Source: Tubiluchus corallicola (lineage: Eukaryota > Animalia > Priapulida). Taken from it: a stretch of 64,000 nucleotides of DNA. Positions 1-51,172 of this stretch are shown here, in pieces. The stretch spans positions 496,001 to 560,000 of the forward strand of contig JAQGDQ010000054.1 of NCBI GenBank assembly GCA_030141605.1, in the 5' to 3' direction. Each line of letters starts with the position of its first letter. The stretch's first letter is position 1. A program made the position numbers and the translations under genes. Below the pieces are notes generated by a model. That model was not told the origin of the DNA. It did no database searches and was given only the letters and a program-made list of their open reading frames with translations.

Positions 1-435
1 ATGTACGTAAATGTTTGTTTTACAACCGAGCAGGTAAACAGTCTCTCGAACCAAAAGACATGAATCAAATCAGAATTCAGGAGTGACCAAATACAGCACA
101 TCTTTCTAATGTCTTACTAGTGAATGTGCATCAAGTCCTGTGTGTTTACTGATTCTACCAAGTTCCTGTGCATGCGCAGTAAATGATTTGTACATGTAAC
201 TGAATGCAGACACGACCAGCTTGTGTTAATTCTGTCACTCTGACTATTACTCCACAGATATCTAAATAAATTCTTGCAATCTGAAAAGTGGGTATGGACT
301 GCTTCATTTCAGGTATTTGAATCAACAATCTCAACATATCAACAATGGGCTATTTTACTATACGGAAAATTCGACGGAGGTAAAAATATACTTTGCCCTA
401 CTATATATTTGAAGGGGGCATCTGCACCTTGTCAC

Positions 436-438
436 GTG

Positions 439-484
<46 letters not shown>
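436..484. repeat. (GT)n microsatellite
   Basis: About 24 GT units with one interruption, in a BORCS5 intron. Confidence 0.97.
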
Positions 485-487
<3 letters not shown>

Positions 488-600
488 TTAAATTCAAAAC
501 TTTTTTTGTTCAATGAATTGTTTTAGGCAGCAATATACATCCAGTTTAAAAAAATGTTGAATAGCATTAACAACAGCATTAGCAATATACAGTACGCTAC

Positions 601-3600
601 CTTCATTAATATCATAGACTGTTCCATGTTGCGCTGTGTTTTGTTCAATGCAGCAGCAATATCATGAACTTTATTAACTTTATCTGCATACTTGGCATAC
701 TTCTTCTGCCTATCAGTCAACATGTTGGTGAGAGCTGTTATGGCAAAATCAACCTAAAACAAAACCTAAATAATTTAAAAATTATTACGCAACATGACAT
801 CAATAAAAGAGGTAATACTACATGAGCAAATACATAACTCAATGATGTTTTTCTAGTTGTCCACATATAAATTTTATTGGGTAAAAGTACTTTGCTACTT
901 ATTTATATTTGTGAACCAACAAGCAACCAGAAATTTAGTATGTGATCATTTGTTGGTTTTCTAATACAAAAATTGTCAAGAAACGAGGTGGTTTTCTGTG
1001 AAAAGGACATAAAATTAAACTTTTAGAAATTCCCATGGAAAACAGGTTTCAGAAAATTAGCGAAACCTGTCAAAAGCCTATTGGTAGACTAGTCTTAAAT
1101 TACACAGCTAAAGAGATAATTTTAAATACTAAATGTGGGCGTATACTGTATAAGAAACAAAAAATTTATAGCAAAAAGCTAATGCTCTGTATAGAGCCTT
1201 ATATGTTTTCATCTCGAAAAACGGCCATGCCTCCTAATATCCACAGGGCAGCAATACTCCTGGTTTTTATGGAGGTTTCTGCTAACACTGTTTTTTGTTG
1301 AATACAATTCTGGCCAATTATGGCGATTAGACGATGTCTGCTATAGCCTAATCATATTACCCGGCTTATATCTGTCATAATAATAGGATCTGGCTTGAAG
1401 TGCGGGATCTTTGACAGCTATTATAGGCCACAGTTTTCAATGTAGGGGCCTGAAACTTTGCATCAAGATACTACGGACATTTGTGCAGACCGATTTTTAG
1501 CTTGCCCTATATAGTCCTGAAACGTGCCCGAAAATGTATCTGCCCATACATTGTTATATTGTTTTGGTTTCTTTTATTCTAATGCTTAAAGTGATCTGTT
1601 CCAACAAAGCACACTCTTAAATTTTTATAAAAAGAATGGACAAATTTTTATGAAAAGAACTTACTCCACAATAACCATGAATGCTGCCCACGATTTTCTT
1701 ATGAGAACCACTAACTTTATAATATGCGGCAGATCCAAGCTCATTAGTACTTCCATTCTAGCTGTTAACCCTTTTTTCTCAGAATTTTGTGTTCTTTTCT
1801 GTTTGGCCACATATGAATGCTTCAAATACCAATGTCATCTCTCATAGAGTGCTGAAAAAGTTGCACTGTAGTACATTAGATTATGTAAATAAAAACACGT
1901 TGTACATACATCACGTATCCGATTAGAAATAATGTTCTGATCTGCTTGCACAACGTCAGCACACTTCTTTAGGTGTTCTTGATATCGCATACATAGTAGG
2001 AGCACCTGTAACACAATTTACTAGTCCATATTAATATACAAAAAGATATAACATATTATTAGTTTGCACTGGTTGCAACATCATCATCGATCATCAGTAG
2101 ATTAAGTAGCATTATAAGAATTTTTTTATAACTTTGACTAGTTATAAGATAATGGTGTTCTTCGTAAGTGACACTATAACAACATAAATGCATTTTTTGC
2201 TAAAGATCACATTCTATCAGTGATAGTACCATGTTGCACTTCATTTGAACAAACCACGCAGCATCATAAATTATGACTTTCAAATTATCAACTCAAATCA
2301 TTTTATCATATCAAATGATATGACTTTCGTCATTAGTGAACGATTTTAAGAACTACGTAGATAATCATTCCAGAATTCTGTGAACATGACTATCAAACCT
2401 TGCTGTATCTACTGCTGTTGCATTTCATTTCATAGTATTAATGAATTAGTGCAAGCAAGAAGTGTAAACATGTATTCTAAAGTTTTTAAAAACTACATAA
2501 AAAATTAATTCCTATTATACCAATACAATTAACTGGCAAGCTTTAGCAATATTGAAAGAATGCTAGTATATTTTAGATTAGTATAATTATATTTGCAAGA
2601 GGATAATATCCCATACGAGTACTAGTTGTAGCAAAGAGTTAAAACACACTTCTACAAGTGCTAGCTAGTAATTACTCATTTCAGAACCAATATCAAACCC
2701 AGCCAGTTTAAGTTTTCAATAATTTGTGCCTAAATTCTGCACATTGCCAGTCATACTTCTCTGTATGGAAGTTTTAACGTGGAGTATCACCAACATCAAA
2801 TTGCATGACAAGTGTAGTCAAGTTCACTTAACAGTTAACAAGCTTTTGTTAACTCACTAACTTGGTCATTCTCAAATCGTGACGTTAAAATCCAAGTCTT
2901 GACTGGCTCGTACTCATTTACCGATATTCATGTAATGCTCCTTTCATTTAATTCATAACACCTTCTCTGGTTCTGGAAGAATGTGATTTAAGAAAAATTG
3001 AGTGCATTTCATTATTATAAAATTATCAGCTAATACCGTTGCTGACAAAAGAGTCAGCTAATGGATAAGGGAGTACTTTACCTGTCGGTAGTCTAACTTA
3101 TCAAATACATCAACATCTCTTGTTGAGGCAACATTTAGGGCACCCCGCATAATGGGCAGGAACGTTGGTAACTCTTGCAGCTTTAACAGGTCTGAGTCAG
3201 TCTGAGGTGTAGGAGTTTGTTGTGCGCCTTCTTTGACAACAATGATATCCTTGGGGCGGTTACGATCTTTTGTCTTGTGTGGAGAATCATGTGCTCCCCT
3301 ACGTTTTGACTGATGTTTTGGGGAATCTGAAAGTAATAAAGCTTTAAATGTTATTAGGAACACATAATATTGCAATAGTTATTAAGGCAGGAATAGTAGT
3401 ACAGAAGAAACCGTGCCAAAAGCTGGAAGAACTCTTTTGGTTCATCATAATATCATGAAGATGACCTCAACAGGCATCTGATTTGCTGCAAAACAAGTTA
3501 TCGTGAGAAGAGTTATTCCTAGACTTCAATTATGATAGCCTGTTTTGAAATCTTGTTGCTGTATGTTTCACCTATGTTAAAGGTTTAACTAAAACTAAAG

Positions 3601-4028
3601 CGAGGCACATGGCCAGGTGATCACGAAGTTGTAGTGATTCTCCCTCTGCACGATTTTATACACCATGCTTGGCTATTTACATCGCAGAGGATGTAAACAC
3701 ATCTGAATGTTGCTGAAATACCGCTGCAGGTTCATTGGCTCAGCTCGGATGTAAAGTTTTGATAAAGAGTTGTCAGATCTTGCCGCTGACCTGCTGTTGG
3801 ATGCTGTATTTCAGCTTGCAGGATTTTGAATAATATAAAAAAAGAAATATGATGACTAGTAAAACGTTAGAAAATGAAAGTGGGATTACCTCCAATAGGT
3901 CTGCCAACTGCATAGAAAGTGTATGGAATGTCTCCGCTACTGACTGATGATCCTGATGGCGATGACCGATGATGACCACTCCTGGGTGGTTTTGTACCAG
4001 CTGCTGCTGTACTGTGGTCTGAGCCCAT
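601..4028 (-). CDS. BORCS5: BLOC-1-related complex subunit 5 (myrlysin/LOH12CR1), 3'-partial; coding exons 4028-3890, 3326-3082, 2005-1910, 753-601
   Basis: Four GT-AG exons join in frame. N-terminus MGSDHS fits a myristoylation motif; 'DIPYTFYAVGRPIG', 'LQELPTFLPIMRG', 'VLLLCMRYQEHLKKCA' and 'RQKKYAKYA' resemble BORCS5. The last exon is not in the window. Confidence 0.9.
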
Positions 4029-5134
4029 AGTGGTAGCTCTTTTTAGCAAATCTGGCTTAGCAGTTGTTTATCACCTCATGTTTTATCACCTCATGCACTG
4101 GAAATGTGTCATCTGATGGCACTAAAAATAAGTTAAGCAAGAACACATGACACTCTACAAAAGGCACAGGTATTTCACATAAGTTTTTTACGAATTCTGT
4201 CCAATTAAAACCATACTATAGTGTTCACATCTAGCCGAGAAATCATTACATATATTACCTAATACTTATTTGTAACCCTATTGAATCTAAAATTTAGTTA
4301 AGACATTCTTGAACTCAGAACAGTTTACAATATTTTATTTCTAAGACTTAAAAGGTGATAATACAGATGTGTAAATTTTCACCAATTACAAGAGCATTAA
4401 AAAATGACCTCTAATTCTTAACCTTTAGACCTTTTCCATGTAACAATAAAAATTAATTGCTTTATATTATATAGCTCTGTTAGTCTTAATTAAGATACTG
4501 TACCTTCACCAGATGAAAAACTTTATTAGAAGAGGTTTGAACAATATTTTGATAATACATAGCTATCTTATACCTTAGAGATAATTTATCACTGTAATGC
4601 AATTGTATTTACAAAAATTGCTTTAATAGAAAAGAACAAAAACCATATGGTCAGTATAAATTAAGTACAACATGGATTTCTTTAAAAAGAAGACAAATTA
4701 TTTTGCCTATTTGCCATTTATAAAACTTAACTAATCTTGCAGAATAGCATTATTAATTTAATGTTGGTCATCTTTCGAAAAGTATGAAAACCATAGTGCA
4801 AATAGGAAAATGTTAGCGAAAACATCACGAATCTTATAAGAGTACAAAAACAATCAACAATTTTAAATACTGACAAAAACATTTCTTTTTAATACATGAT
4901 AAAAAAAAGCGTGAAAAGATAACTTTTTCAAGATGTAGCATCTGTGCAGTTATGCTTTTAAAACAAGAGCAGACAAAAATGCTTTGCAAAAAGTCAAATT
5001 CCACTTGCATATATACAAGTGAAGGAACTAACTCAAATGCACAAACTCAAAATGAGTATTTTTTGTACACTGTGGCACACTGCACGCCAGAAAGGTAAAT
5101 GTTTAGTTACTTCATGACACAAAAAATGTGGTTT

Positions 5135-6061
5135 TTAAATATCATCATTTGTCTGTACTTTTCTTCTTTTAGATGCTTGCACAGAAGTTTCGAAAATTTC
5201 ATCACCATCATCATCACTTTCTTCTTCTTTTGCCACTGCTTTTTGAGTTACAGATGTTTCATACAGATTTGGAGAACTAGACGATTTCTCACAAACTCCA
5301 CTCTTTAATTCTACTGTTAAAACAGATTTCATGGATTTTCTAGAAGCGGCATGAGAGAGTAAACTGATACAGTTCTCTGTGACAGATTTCTTTGCCTGTT
5401 CTTCAGTCATTCCAAGAAGAGTACTTAAATTGATGACATCTTGAGGACCTCTAAGGTCCATGGCAGATGTAGCACCACTAGTCATTACCACATTTCTACC
5501 TTTCAAAATGTGCATCATGGACAAACAGTTGGATAAAAAAAATCGTCTACTGGATGGATGCAGTCCCGGCGAATATTGCAACTCAAAATGTATGTTATTT
5601 TGCAATGCTACTTTGACTGGTCGGCTTTTGAGATAAAATGGTAACTTTTCTGCTAAGTTGAAATAGATAATGTCTACTTCAGCAGTTGAACAAGCAGTTA
5701 GAAAGAGTTTTTCTGTTGTTGGTTGAACAGCTATTAAATCATAGGACTGAATTCTCGCATCCTTCAATGTTCTTAATTGCATACTGTCAGTAATAATGGT
5801 AGACAGTCTTGACAGCTGTTGGATGCATCTGTGTTCTCTATTAACTTTGCCCAGTTCACAAATGGTAGGCTCTGGTACAGTATGTGCTTCCATCTTTTTG
5901 TCAGCATTGGCATTCTCTTTTTTCGATACATTGCCTGTGACACACTCTATGACTGTATTTATAGCGACTATATCATATCCAAGTTTAACTGCCATCAAGA
6001 TTTTATCTTTGCTTGAAATATTGGCAACATTAACAATATTTAAATCATAGAACTTGGCCAT
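5135..6061 (-). CDS. RPP30: Ribonuclease P/MRP protein subunit p30, single coding exon, 308 aa
   Basis: Starts MAKFYDLN; motifs 'LGYDIVAIN', 'YDLIAVQPTTEKLF', 'FELQYS', 'GRNVVMTSGA', 'LRGPQDVINL'. Splice acceptor TTCTAG (AG at 6081-6080) lies 18 nt before the ATG. Confidence 0.95.
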   Translation of the reverse strand: MAKFYDLNIVNVANISSKDKILMAVKLGYDIVAINTVIECVTGNVSKKENANADKKMEAHTVPEPTICELGKVNREHRCIQQLSRLSTIITDSMQLRTLKDARIQSYDLIAVQPTTEKLFLTACSTAEVDIIYFNLAEKLPFYLKSRPVKVALQNNIHFELQYSPGLHPSSRRFFLSNCLSMMHILKGRNVVMTSGATSAMDLRGPQDVINLSTLLGMTEEQAKKSVTENCISLLSHAASRKSMKSVLTVELKSGVCEKSSSSPNLYETSVTQKAVAKEEESDDDGDEIFETSVQASKRRKVQTNDDI

Positions 6062-6624
6062 AATTCCATGCAAAAGTACCTAGAAATAACAAAAATCACT
6101 GCAAATAAGAGGTACATACTAATGATAACCTAAAAAACTTATAAACATGTGGCCACTTTAATAAGAAACGTCAGACTCTTTTATAAAAATACAATTTTTA
6201 CTAAATTTGTGACTGTACCAAACAACATACTATGCTGATAATTTATACATAAGTACATTACCTTCAAGAACTTCTACAAAGGACAAGAACAGACAATACT
6301 AGCTAGCATTAAAACTTTTTATGCTCACCACCACTATTGAATTAAAGTTTTTTTTATATATTCAGTTTTGTCTTAATATAAATTTAAGAAAAGGTATAAC
6401 TAAACTACTGTTACATAATTCAAATCTTTAGACTCTGCAATGCTGCAAATGCTATGATTTCATCTTAATTTAGTAAGTGTATTCACATCATATACAAAAA
6501 CGCTGCAAGACAAAAATGGTCTGCAAAGTTAATATTGGTACATATAAACAAAAAAAACAATAGGTTGATTACTATAACTTATTATAGTTATTATCATTAA
6601 TTAGATTATCATTAATGATAGATG

Positions 6625-6765
6625 AAACCCACAATTAACTATCTAGACTTTGATTACTAACGTTGAAAAACACAAAAGGTGAAAAGGTTAGGATACAACC
6701 TGAATTTGAAACAAGGGCCTTCTACTTACAAGGCAAGCATCTTAGATCACATGGTACTGTAACTA
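6625..6765 (-). repeat. tRNA-derived repeat (SINE-like head or tRNA pseudogene), left copy
   Basis: Reverse strand has loop CTTGTAA, B-box-like GTTTCAAA and 3' GTATCC, then a T-rich tail similar to the + strand copy at 6882-7020. Confidence 0.55.
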
Positions 6766-6881
6766 CCTAGATTCTCCCGATAATCAAAACAGTCCAACGT
6801 TCATCTCTATCAGCCGACCGAATTACGTCACTTACTACTGTAACACCAGAGTGATTCTAACTATTCTAAATTTACCACTGA

Positions 6882-7020
6882 GAGATACATGGTTGAGTGG
6901 TCTATAGCATCTGTCTTGTAAGCAGATGATATCTGTTTCAAACCCATGGCTGTATCCCAACTTTTTTACATTTCCTATCTTTCAACTTGGTGTCAAAATT
7001 TAATTAAATGTGGATTTGTT
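6882..7020 (+). repeat. tRNA(Thr-UGU)-like degenerate sequence (6882-6958) with T-rich tail; probable SINE or pseudogene
   Basis: Acceptor-stem-like GAGATAC...GTATCCC, A-box-like TGGTTGAGTGG, anticodon arm TCTGT-CTTGTAA-GCAGA, GTTTCAAACC with a broken T-stem. Confidence 0.65.
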
Positions 7021-9958
7021 CCATTAAGAAACAGAGGTTTTGTGTCTACAAGCTAATTTTTACTAGCTCTATAACCAATATAGATGTAAGTTTAATGCCA
7101 TGATTTAATAAAATTTTATGCCTTATAGTTACATAAAATAGGTTTAACATGAATGTAATGCGGGTAGGATCATAATGTTCCAGCAATCTCAATTATCCCG
7201 TTAGTAAATACACAACAATAACCATTCTATAATTACAGTGAAAATTAAGGAAAAATATATGAGAAGCACTGCAACTCCAAAAAGTGACCCATCTTTCATG
7301 CAAGCTGACATGATACAATTGATGTGAGCTACAATAAGAAACAATGTAAAAAGCGGGATAAAGTTGTTTGCATATTAGCGGTTCAAAGAGGCACTTTCGG
7401 CTACTTGTGATACCCCTCTCAATTGGCATGGACAAACAAAATTAATGACAGACTCTTCAACACAGAGAAAACATCAAAGATAACACATAAAGGTTCTGAA
7501 GAAGAGTTATTATTCTCATTGTTATTATTCTCATTCAGTGTACTTGGTGAAAGAACCAACTGTGCCAGTTTTTAAACCCCAGCATAACTTGACTAGAAAC
7601 TGAATCTACAATCATTGATGTAAAGCCAAAAGAAGTACTATTGGTAACACATAACCAAGAAGTTTGTTATCCTAAGCTGTATCTTTCCAGGGATGGCATT
7701 CAATATACATGATGAATACCAGCAAAGATAAATAAGGTCCAATATTAGGGCTGATATCAGTCGTTGTAACTTTGCTAGTATCAAACTTGTCTGTCAGGCT
7801 GAAGTCGCCCCTACCAGCTGAGATTCCAAGCATCAGAGGTAGGTGTCATCCAAGGTCGAGAAGTGTTCGAGCCTAGTGGCATCTCAAGATGGCACAATCT
7901 AAGCTCACTGGGATGTCGAGCAAGCGCAAATGTTGCTGGAGCGTCGAGTTAGGGCAAATGTCTCATGTAGCGTACTTTTGATCTCTCAGACACTTTTTGT
8001 TTGATGTCTGCTTCAATTTTTACTTGCCTGATTTTCATTCAGAAGATACTCATTTTTGGAAAATGAGAGTGGTGGGCCTATGGAACGAACTCCAACTTAT
8101 TTTGAGTCCACAAATTCGCAGGGTCTGCAAATAGTGGTTGCCAATTTAATTCGATTAAAAAGATCGAACAAGATTAGAAAAAATTTAAAATTCTAGCTGT
8201 GAAGCCAGATCTGTAAACAACAGCTAGAAAAATAGGCTTGGTCCGTGCAGACCATGCACCTCTAGCAGACAACTATGTACGCCAAACAGAACGGAACAAT
8301 TGGATAGGTTCTACAAACATCTTTCCTGTTACGTCAACAGTTACTCGCAAATAATGTCAGCAAAGAGCTGCGCAGTCAGGCCTATGTTCATTGCAGTTAT
8401 TGAGTGTAAACTAGTGTTATTGTTATACGGATCATATAACACGTGAGGGGTTTTGCACATTTTTCCACCCTGCACACTCAAGAACTAAGCAGTTCTTAAA
8501 CACACATTGTTAGGACAGCACGCCAGGAGCATTAGACTAGTACTAAGCACTACTAGTAAGTGGTACGCGCCTAGACGCTACCCGTAGTACCCATATATGT
8601 GTGTGACAAAAGCGGCAAAGGCACTGAATCTGTAATAATTGATCTAAACTGCTACTTATGTAATGCAAAAAATAGTGCATAGTGCAGTGAAATAATAAAA
8701 CTTTTATAATTGCCTTACTAAAGTTAAAGTCTTCAACGATCAGTGTAAAATTGTAAATTTGCAAATCACGCTTTTTAGCAATAGAATCAATAGATTACGA
8801 TCACGTCTTCAAAGTGACGAAATGCCTATTGTTACGTATTTCGTTTTTGCGATTAGCGGCTATGCTGGCGGCATCAAACGGCGGATCATTAAAAAATTTT
8901 GAGCCGCGCATTGGTAGTAATAATAATATTTTTAAGTTCACCAATAATGTTGGCATACGCGCAATTTCGATAAGCCAAAATCGCTTTTGCGTTTTTAATA
9001 AAAGAAAAATATCTCAATTAAAAGCAATTATTAGTTTAAAAAACTGAAAACATTCAATGAAAAGGAAAAGTTTTGTTCTGGAAAAATTAATTGCTCTTCT
9101 AAAAAAATCGATTTTTTTCCATTAAAGGTATTACACATGAAAGTCAGGCCTAATATTTCTTCAAGTTATATTTCCCGATAAGAACATATTATATAGGAAT
9201 GTTTTTTAGAAAAAATATTTCTCCAGAAATCGAATACTACATGAGCCAGGTATTTGCAAACTTTATTTATGATCAATTTCTTAACTTCTTTTGTAAATAA
9301 GCCTACTAATTTTCATGAGATATGATTATAGTAGTAGTTTTTATTTTAACTACTAATTATTTTTAATGCCTTATGCTTGCTTTAAATAATATGCAAAAAA
9401 TAACAGCTGCTATAAATCGCCAAAAAGAGATGTAGGCCTTGCAGTCTTTGCTTGGTGTACAAAATATTTAACTTGTAACAAATGTTACAAAACTGTGTTA
9501 TAATTAACATTTTATTTATCATTACCTGGCTGCATCCTTGCGAAATTTAAAAAGATATTTTTATTTGTGTTTTCGCAACTCACTGCTGAGCAATTTATGA
9601 GCTCCTGTTAACTGATCTTGCTTCGGTAGTCTCATCAAGTCATCTGCTACAGTACACACAGCTTGCGCTATAGCGTACCTGACAACAACAGTACTGCTGT
9701 GCCGCTAGGGCGACACTAACGGCGCGAACAGGGCGCAGTAACTTTCCCTACTTTGTTTTGGTATACTTTGACGTCTTTAACCACGTTGTGATTAAACAAA
9801 GATCTCCGCGTTTGCTTTAAAAAATAGTGTTTTGATGTTTTTTAAAAGACGCTTCTACAGAAAATTATTAGGTGTGTACACAGTATATGATATTTGTTTG
9901 ATTTGGTCAAGAACCCATGGACCCCATTTAAACTGCGAGAAAGTTGGTTCCGATTGTA

Positions 9959-10784
9959 GGGCGCCGAGTAACCCACTAGCCGAAGTAGGACACTTCCGGT
10001 AAAAAGCATGTGCTAAATTTGCGGAAAAGCAGTGTCGTACATGGGCAGCCCAGGTAGGCGATTCTTGATTATGATGATATCATAAAACTAAATTTGTTTT
10101 AGGAAAAAAGTAATTTTATAGTCCTTGATAATTTACAAAATTAATGTATTTTTTACAATCATCAGTATTATTACTTAGCTCTATTAAAATCATTATAACA
10201 TTATACCAAGTATTTAATGCTTTAAAGAAAGAAACTATGCACACAGTTATTACAAAAATAATTACAAGTTTAAAAATGAGACAGATGCTGCTAAGCCTTC
10301 GCAACACAAAAAGTAATTCTTAACATTTAGGAAAAACAAAGACAATTAATTTTAATATTATCAAGTATTGTAACATGTAGGGCACTGTCCTACATGGCTC
10401 GCTAGCCCATGTAGGGCACATAGATCGCTAGAACTTTTGCTTAGGAGAAAACAATTATTTGTCCAAGAGGTAGTGAAATGGAACGTCTGTCTGTGAAGCC
10501 AGACAAAATAAAAAGTGATAAATTGATATACCTTAAATAAATGTTGAAATCACTAAAAGTGTGTTTATTTCACTTCAACAACATTAATATCGAAACCAAA
10601 TTTAACATTGTCCGTTCTACCAGCTCAGAATAAAATTCTTTTATTTTATCAGATGTATAATAAATTATTCAATAAATAATGTGTATTGACGCTTTTAATT
10701 ATTGTTATTACATAAACAAGGAAAACGGACGGTGCCAGTACACTTAACGACTCACTACTTCGACTAGTGGGTTACTCGGCGCCC
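9959..10784. mobile_element. Non-autonomous DNA transposon (MITE-like), ~825 bp
   Basis: 30-bp inverted repeats GGGCGCCGAGTAACCCACTAG(C/T)CGAAGTAG at 9959-9988 and 10755-10784 with one mismatch; no transposase ORF; target site duplication not resolved. Confidence 0.8.
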
Positions 10785-11955
10785 AACACCAATTATCGGA
10801 ATAATATCCACTTCTTAAAATTTGTTGAGCCAGAGCTGTTGAAGGACAGAGAATGAAATAAGACGAGTGAGACTACACAATGCGCGCCCTGATGGTGATG
10901 GTCTAATTTCTGTGGTCTGACGGAACACCAATCCAGTCAATAGCATGCAGTGAGTGTTTGGTGAATGGTGTGCACGTATGCATTGATGCCCAATTACAAC
11001 TCATAGAACATTCATTTATTTTTAGGCACATCTTTTGCAATAATAATAATAAACGCTTTATTTCACAAACATAAGCTTCCTTGTGAAGACTAAGGGACTT
11101 CACCGTAAACGTGGCTTTTAAAGGTCTCTCCTCAACGACTTTTGAAATTTTAAGCAGTAAGCAATTTATTGTCATTATAGCATAATACATACAATGAAAT
11201 TTATGTGGTTTTACGTACTGCAATAACTTACGGGAATTTCTGTTTCATTTAATGTTGGCCAAAATAGCTCATGGGCAACGTAATCATGGAGCAAGAATTG
11301 GCATATTTTATAATATGGGAGTATTCAGTTTTTCCTGAGCGTAGTAATACTAGTGTGATTTTTTAAAATCGACAGTGTGTTTAAAACAGAATTATCAGAC
11401 ATATCAACGCATTTTAATAACTTTAGCATTTGTTTGACAAAGAAGTTCATAAGTGGCTTCATATTGGCAATTCATATCGTCATGCTGCGATGTGCACTTC
11501 TTGGTATTTCCAAGATTCGTCGTAACGTTTTTTTGAAATCAACAGACAGTATTTTATATTAGTTTTAATCTAGGGTAATCTAAAGTAAAAGTGTGTGCGA
11601 GTGGGAATATAGACATATTTAAAGAGAGCCATGGTGACTGTATTCCAAACGTTGTCTTTACAGAAGAGTTTTTGTACCCAAGAGCTAGAAAACTAGTTTT
11701 GGTCTAAGCACAAACCATTTTATTGGCCAGTTACGAAAAAAAGTTAATTGGGTGTGAAGACAAGTTCATCATTTAACTACAGACTACAGCCTATAATTAC
11801 ATGTCTACATGTCCCTTTATTTTATACAAAAAGTAAATGTTTCGCTTAAGTTGTGAATCTAGGTTTCCAACATTGAAAGCAAATTGGATTAGTTTCGGTA
11901 CAGTAAATCAATTTAATTAGACAGCTGACTGCTATTTCAGATTGTTAACTTGATC

Positions 11956-19898
<7,943 letters not shown>

Positions 19899-20911
19899 CA
19901 GCTTTGCTTTTTCGACGACTTCTTTAATCAATCAATAATAAATTTTATTTTGTAATTTGTAATGACAAAGCTTTGTTTTAATACTGGCATGCAACAGTTT
20001 TCCACATAAAGGTCAGTCAGCCATATTCGCTTTAGCATACCTAATATGGCATTTTAAGGAATAAGCCAATTCTGTTATTGTGTAACTTATGTGCTTGCAA
20101 ATTTTAATACATTGGCTAATAGATGTGCTTTATTCTTCTTTATTCTTTACTATTTACCTTTAATTTAAAAAAAATGTTTTCAGTCTTATCAGAAAGTCAT
20201 TTATTTTTCAAAGCAAATTTACAAATTTACAGTATTTTTTCCGTTTATGTATGTAGTTTAAGTATATGTGTAAATCACAAAAAGTGTGCAGATATAAAGA
20301 CACAAGTAAGAATATAATTACAAATGACTAAACAAATTGCTCAAAAGTACACAAAATTCAGCAGGACAGCACTGCATGTAAAATGTATAATTTTAACTGA
20401 TCGTTGAATTGTGGGACTCTATAGCACTTGACTATCATAGAATAACATTATAAGTAACTGTCAGTAATAAAATAATCTTTGAAGTGATCTTGATTATACA
20501 GCTTCTACATAAAAACGTTTCTGTATTAAAAATAATTTATAGATGGACGGAATAATATACAATTTTTCCTATAAAAGTAATAATGTCATTGCACTTGCTT
20601 ATGAGAAATATGAGATCTTAGCCGATCGAGATTCCAAAGAAAAAATTATTCACTGCTGAATGTAAATTGTATAGTTGAAGATGGTTAAATCATTCTCTAA
20701 AAAACTACAAGTGTCGAAAAGTTGCTGTAAAGTAGTAATATGTATCACTGTAGAGAAGTATACTTAAAACATGAGTACAAATTTTATGAATGCAGTATAA
20801 CAAACTATTCAGTTTTGGCAAGAAATTGATAATCAATTTACAGAGCGTAAATTATTAATATCGAATGGTAACTGCAGTAGATCAGCATATCAAAAAATAG
20901 TTCTTAGTCTG

Positions 20912-51172
<30,261 letters not shown>

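Noticed and set aside
274-516. ORF with CVCVCV repeats
   Set aside because: Translation of the (GT)n microsatellite.
6882-6958. Functional tRNA-Thr(UGU) gene
   Set aside because: T-stem and acceptor stem pair poorly and a related decayed copy with the same tail is adjacent; better explained as a repeat or pseudogene.
7750-8100. GC-richer, coding-looking stretch
   Set aside because: The frames I read are interrupted by stops and show no motif; possibly a decayed transposon, not assignable.
8820-9440. Possible inverted-repeat element
   Set aside because: Only patchy complementarity between the ends; boundaries cannot be defined by eye.
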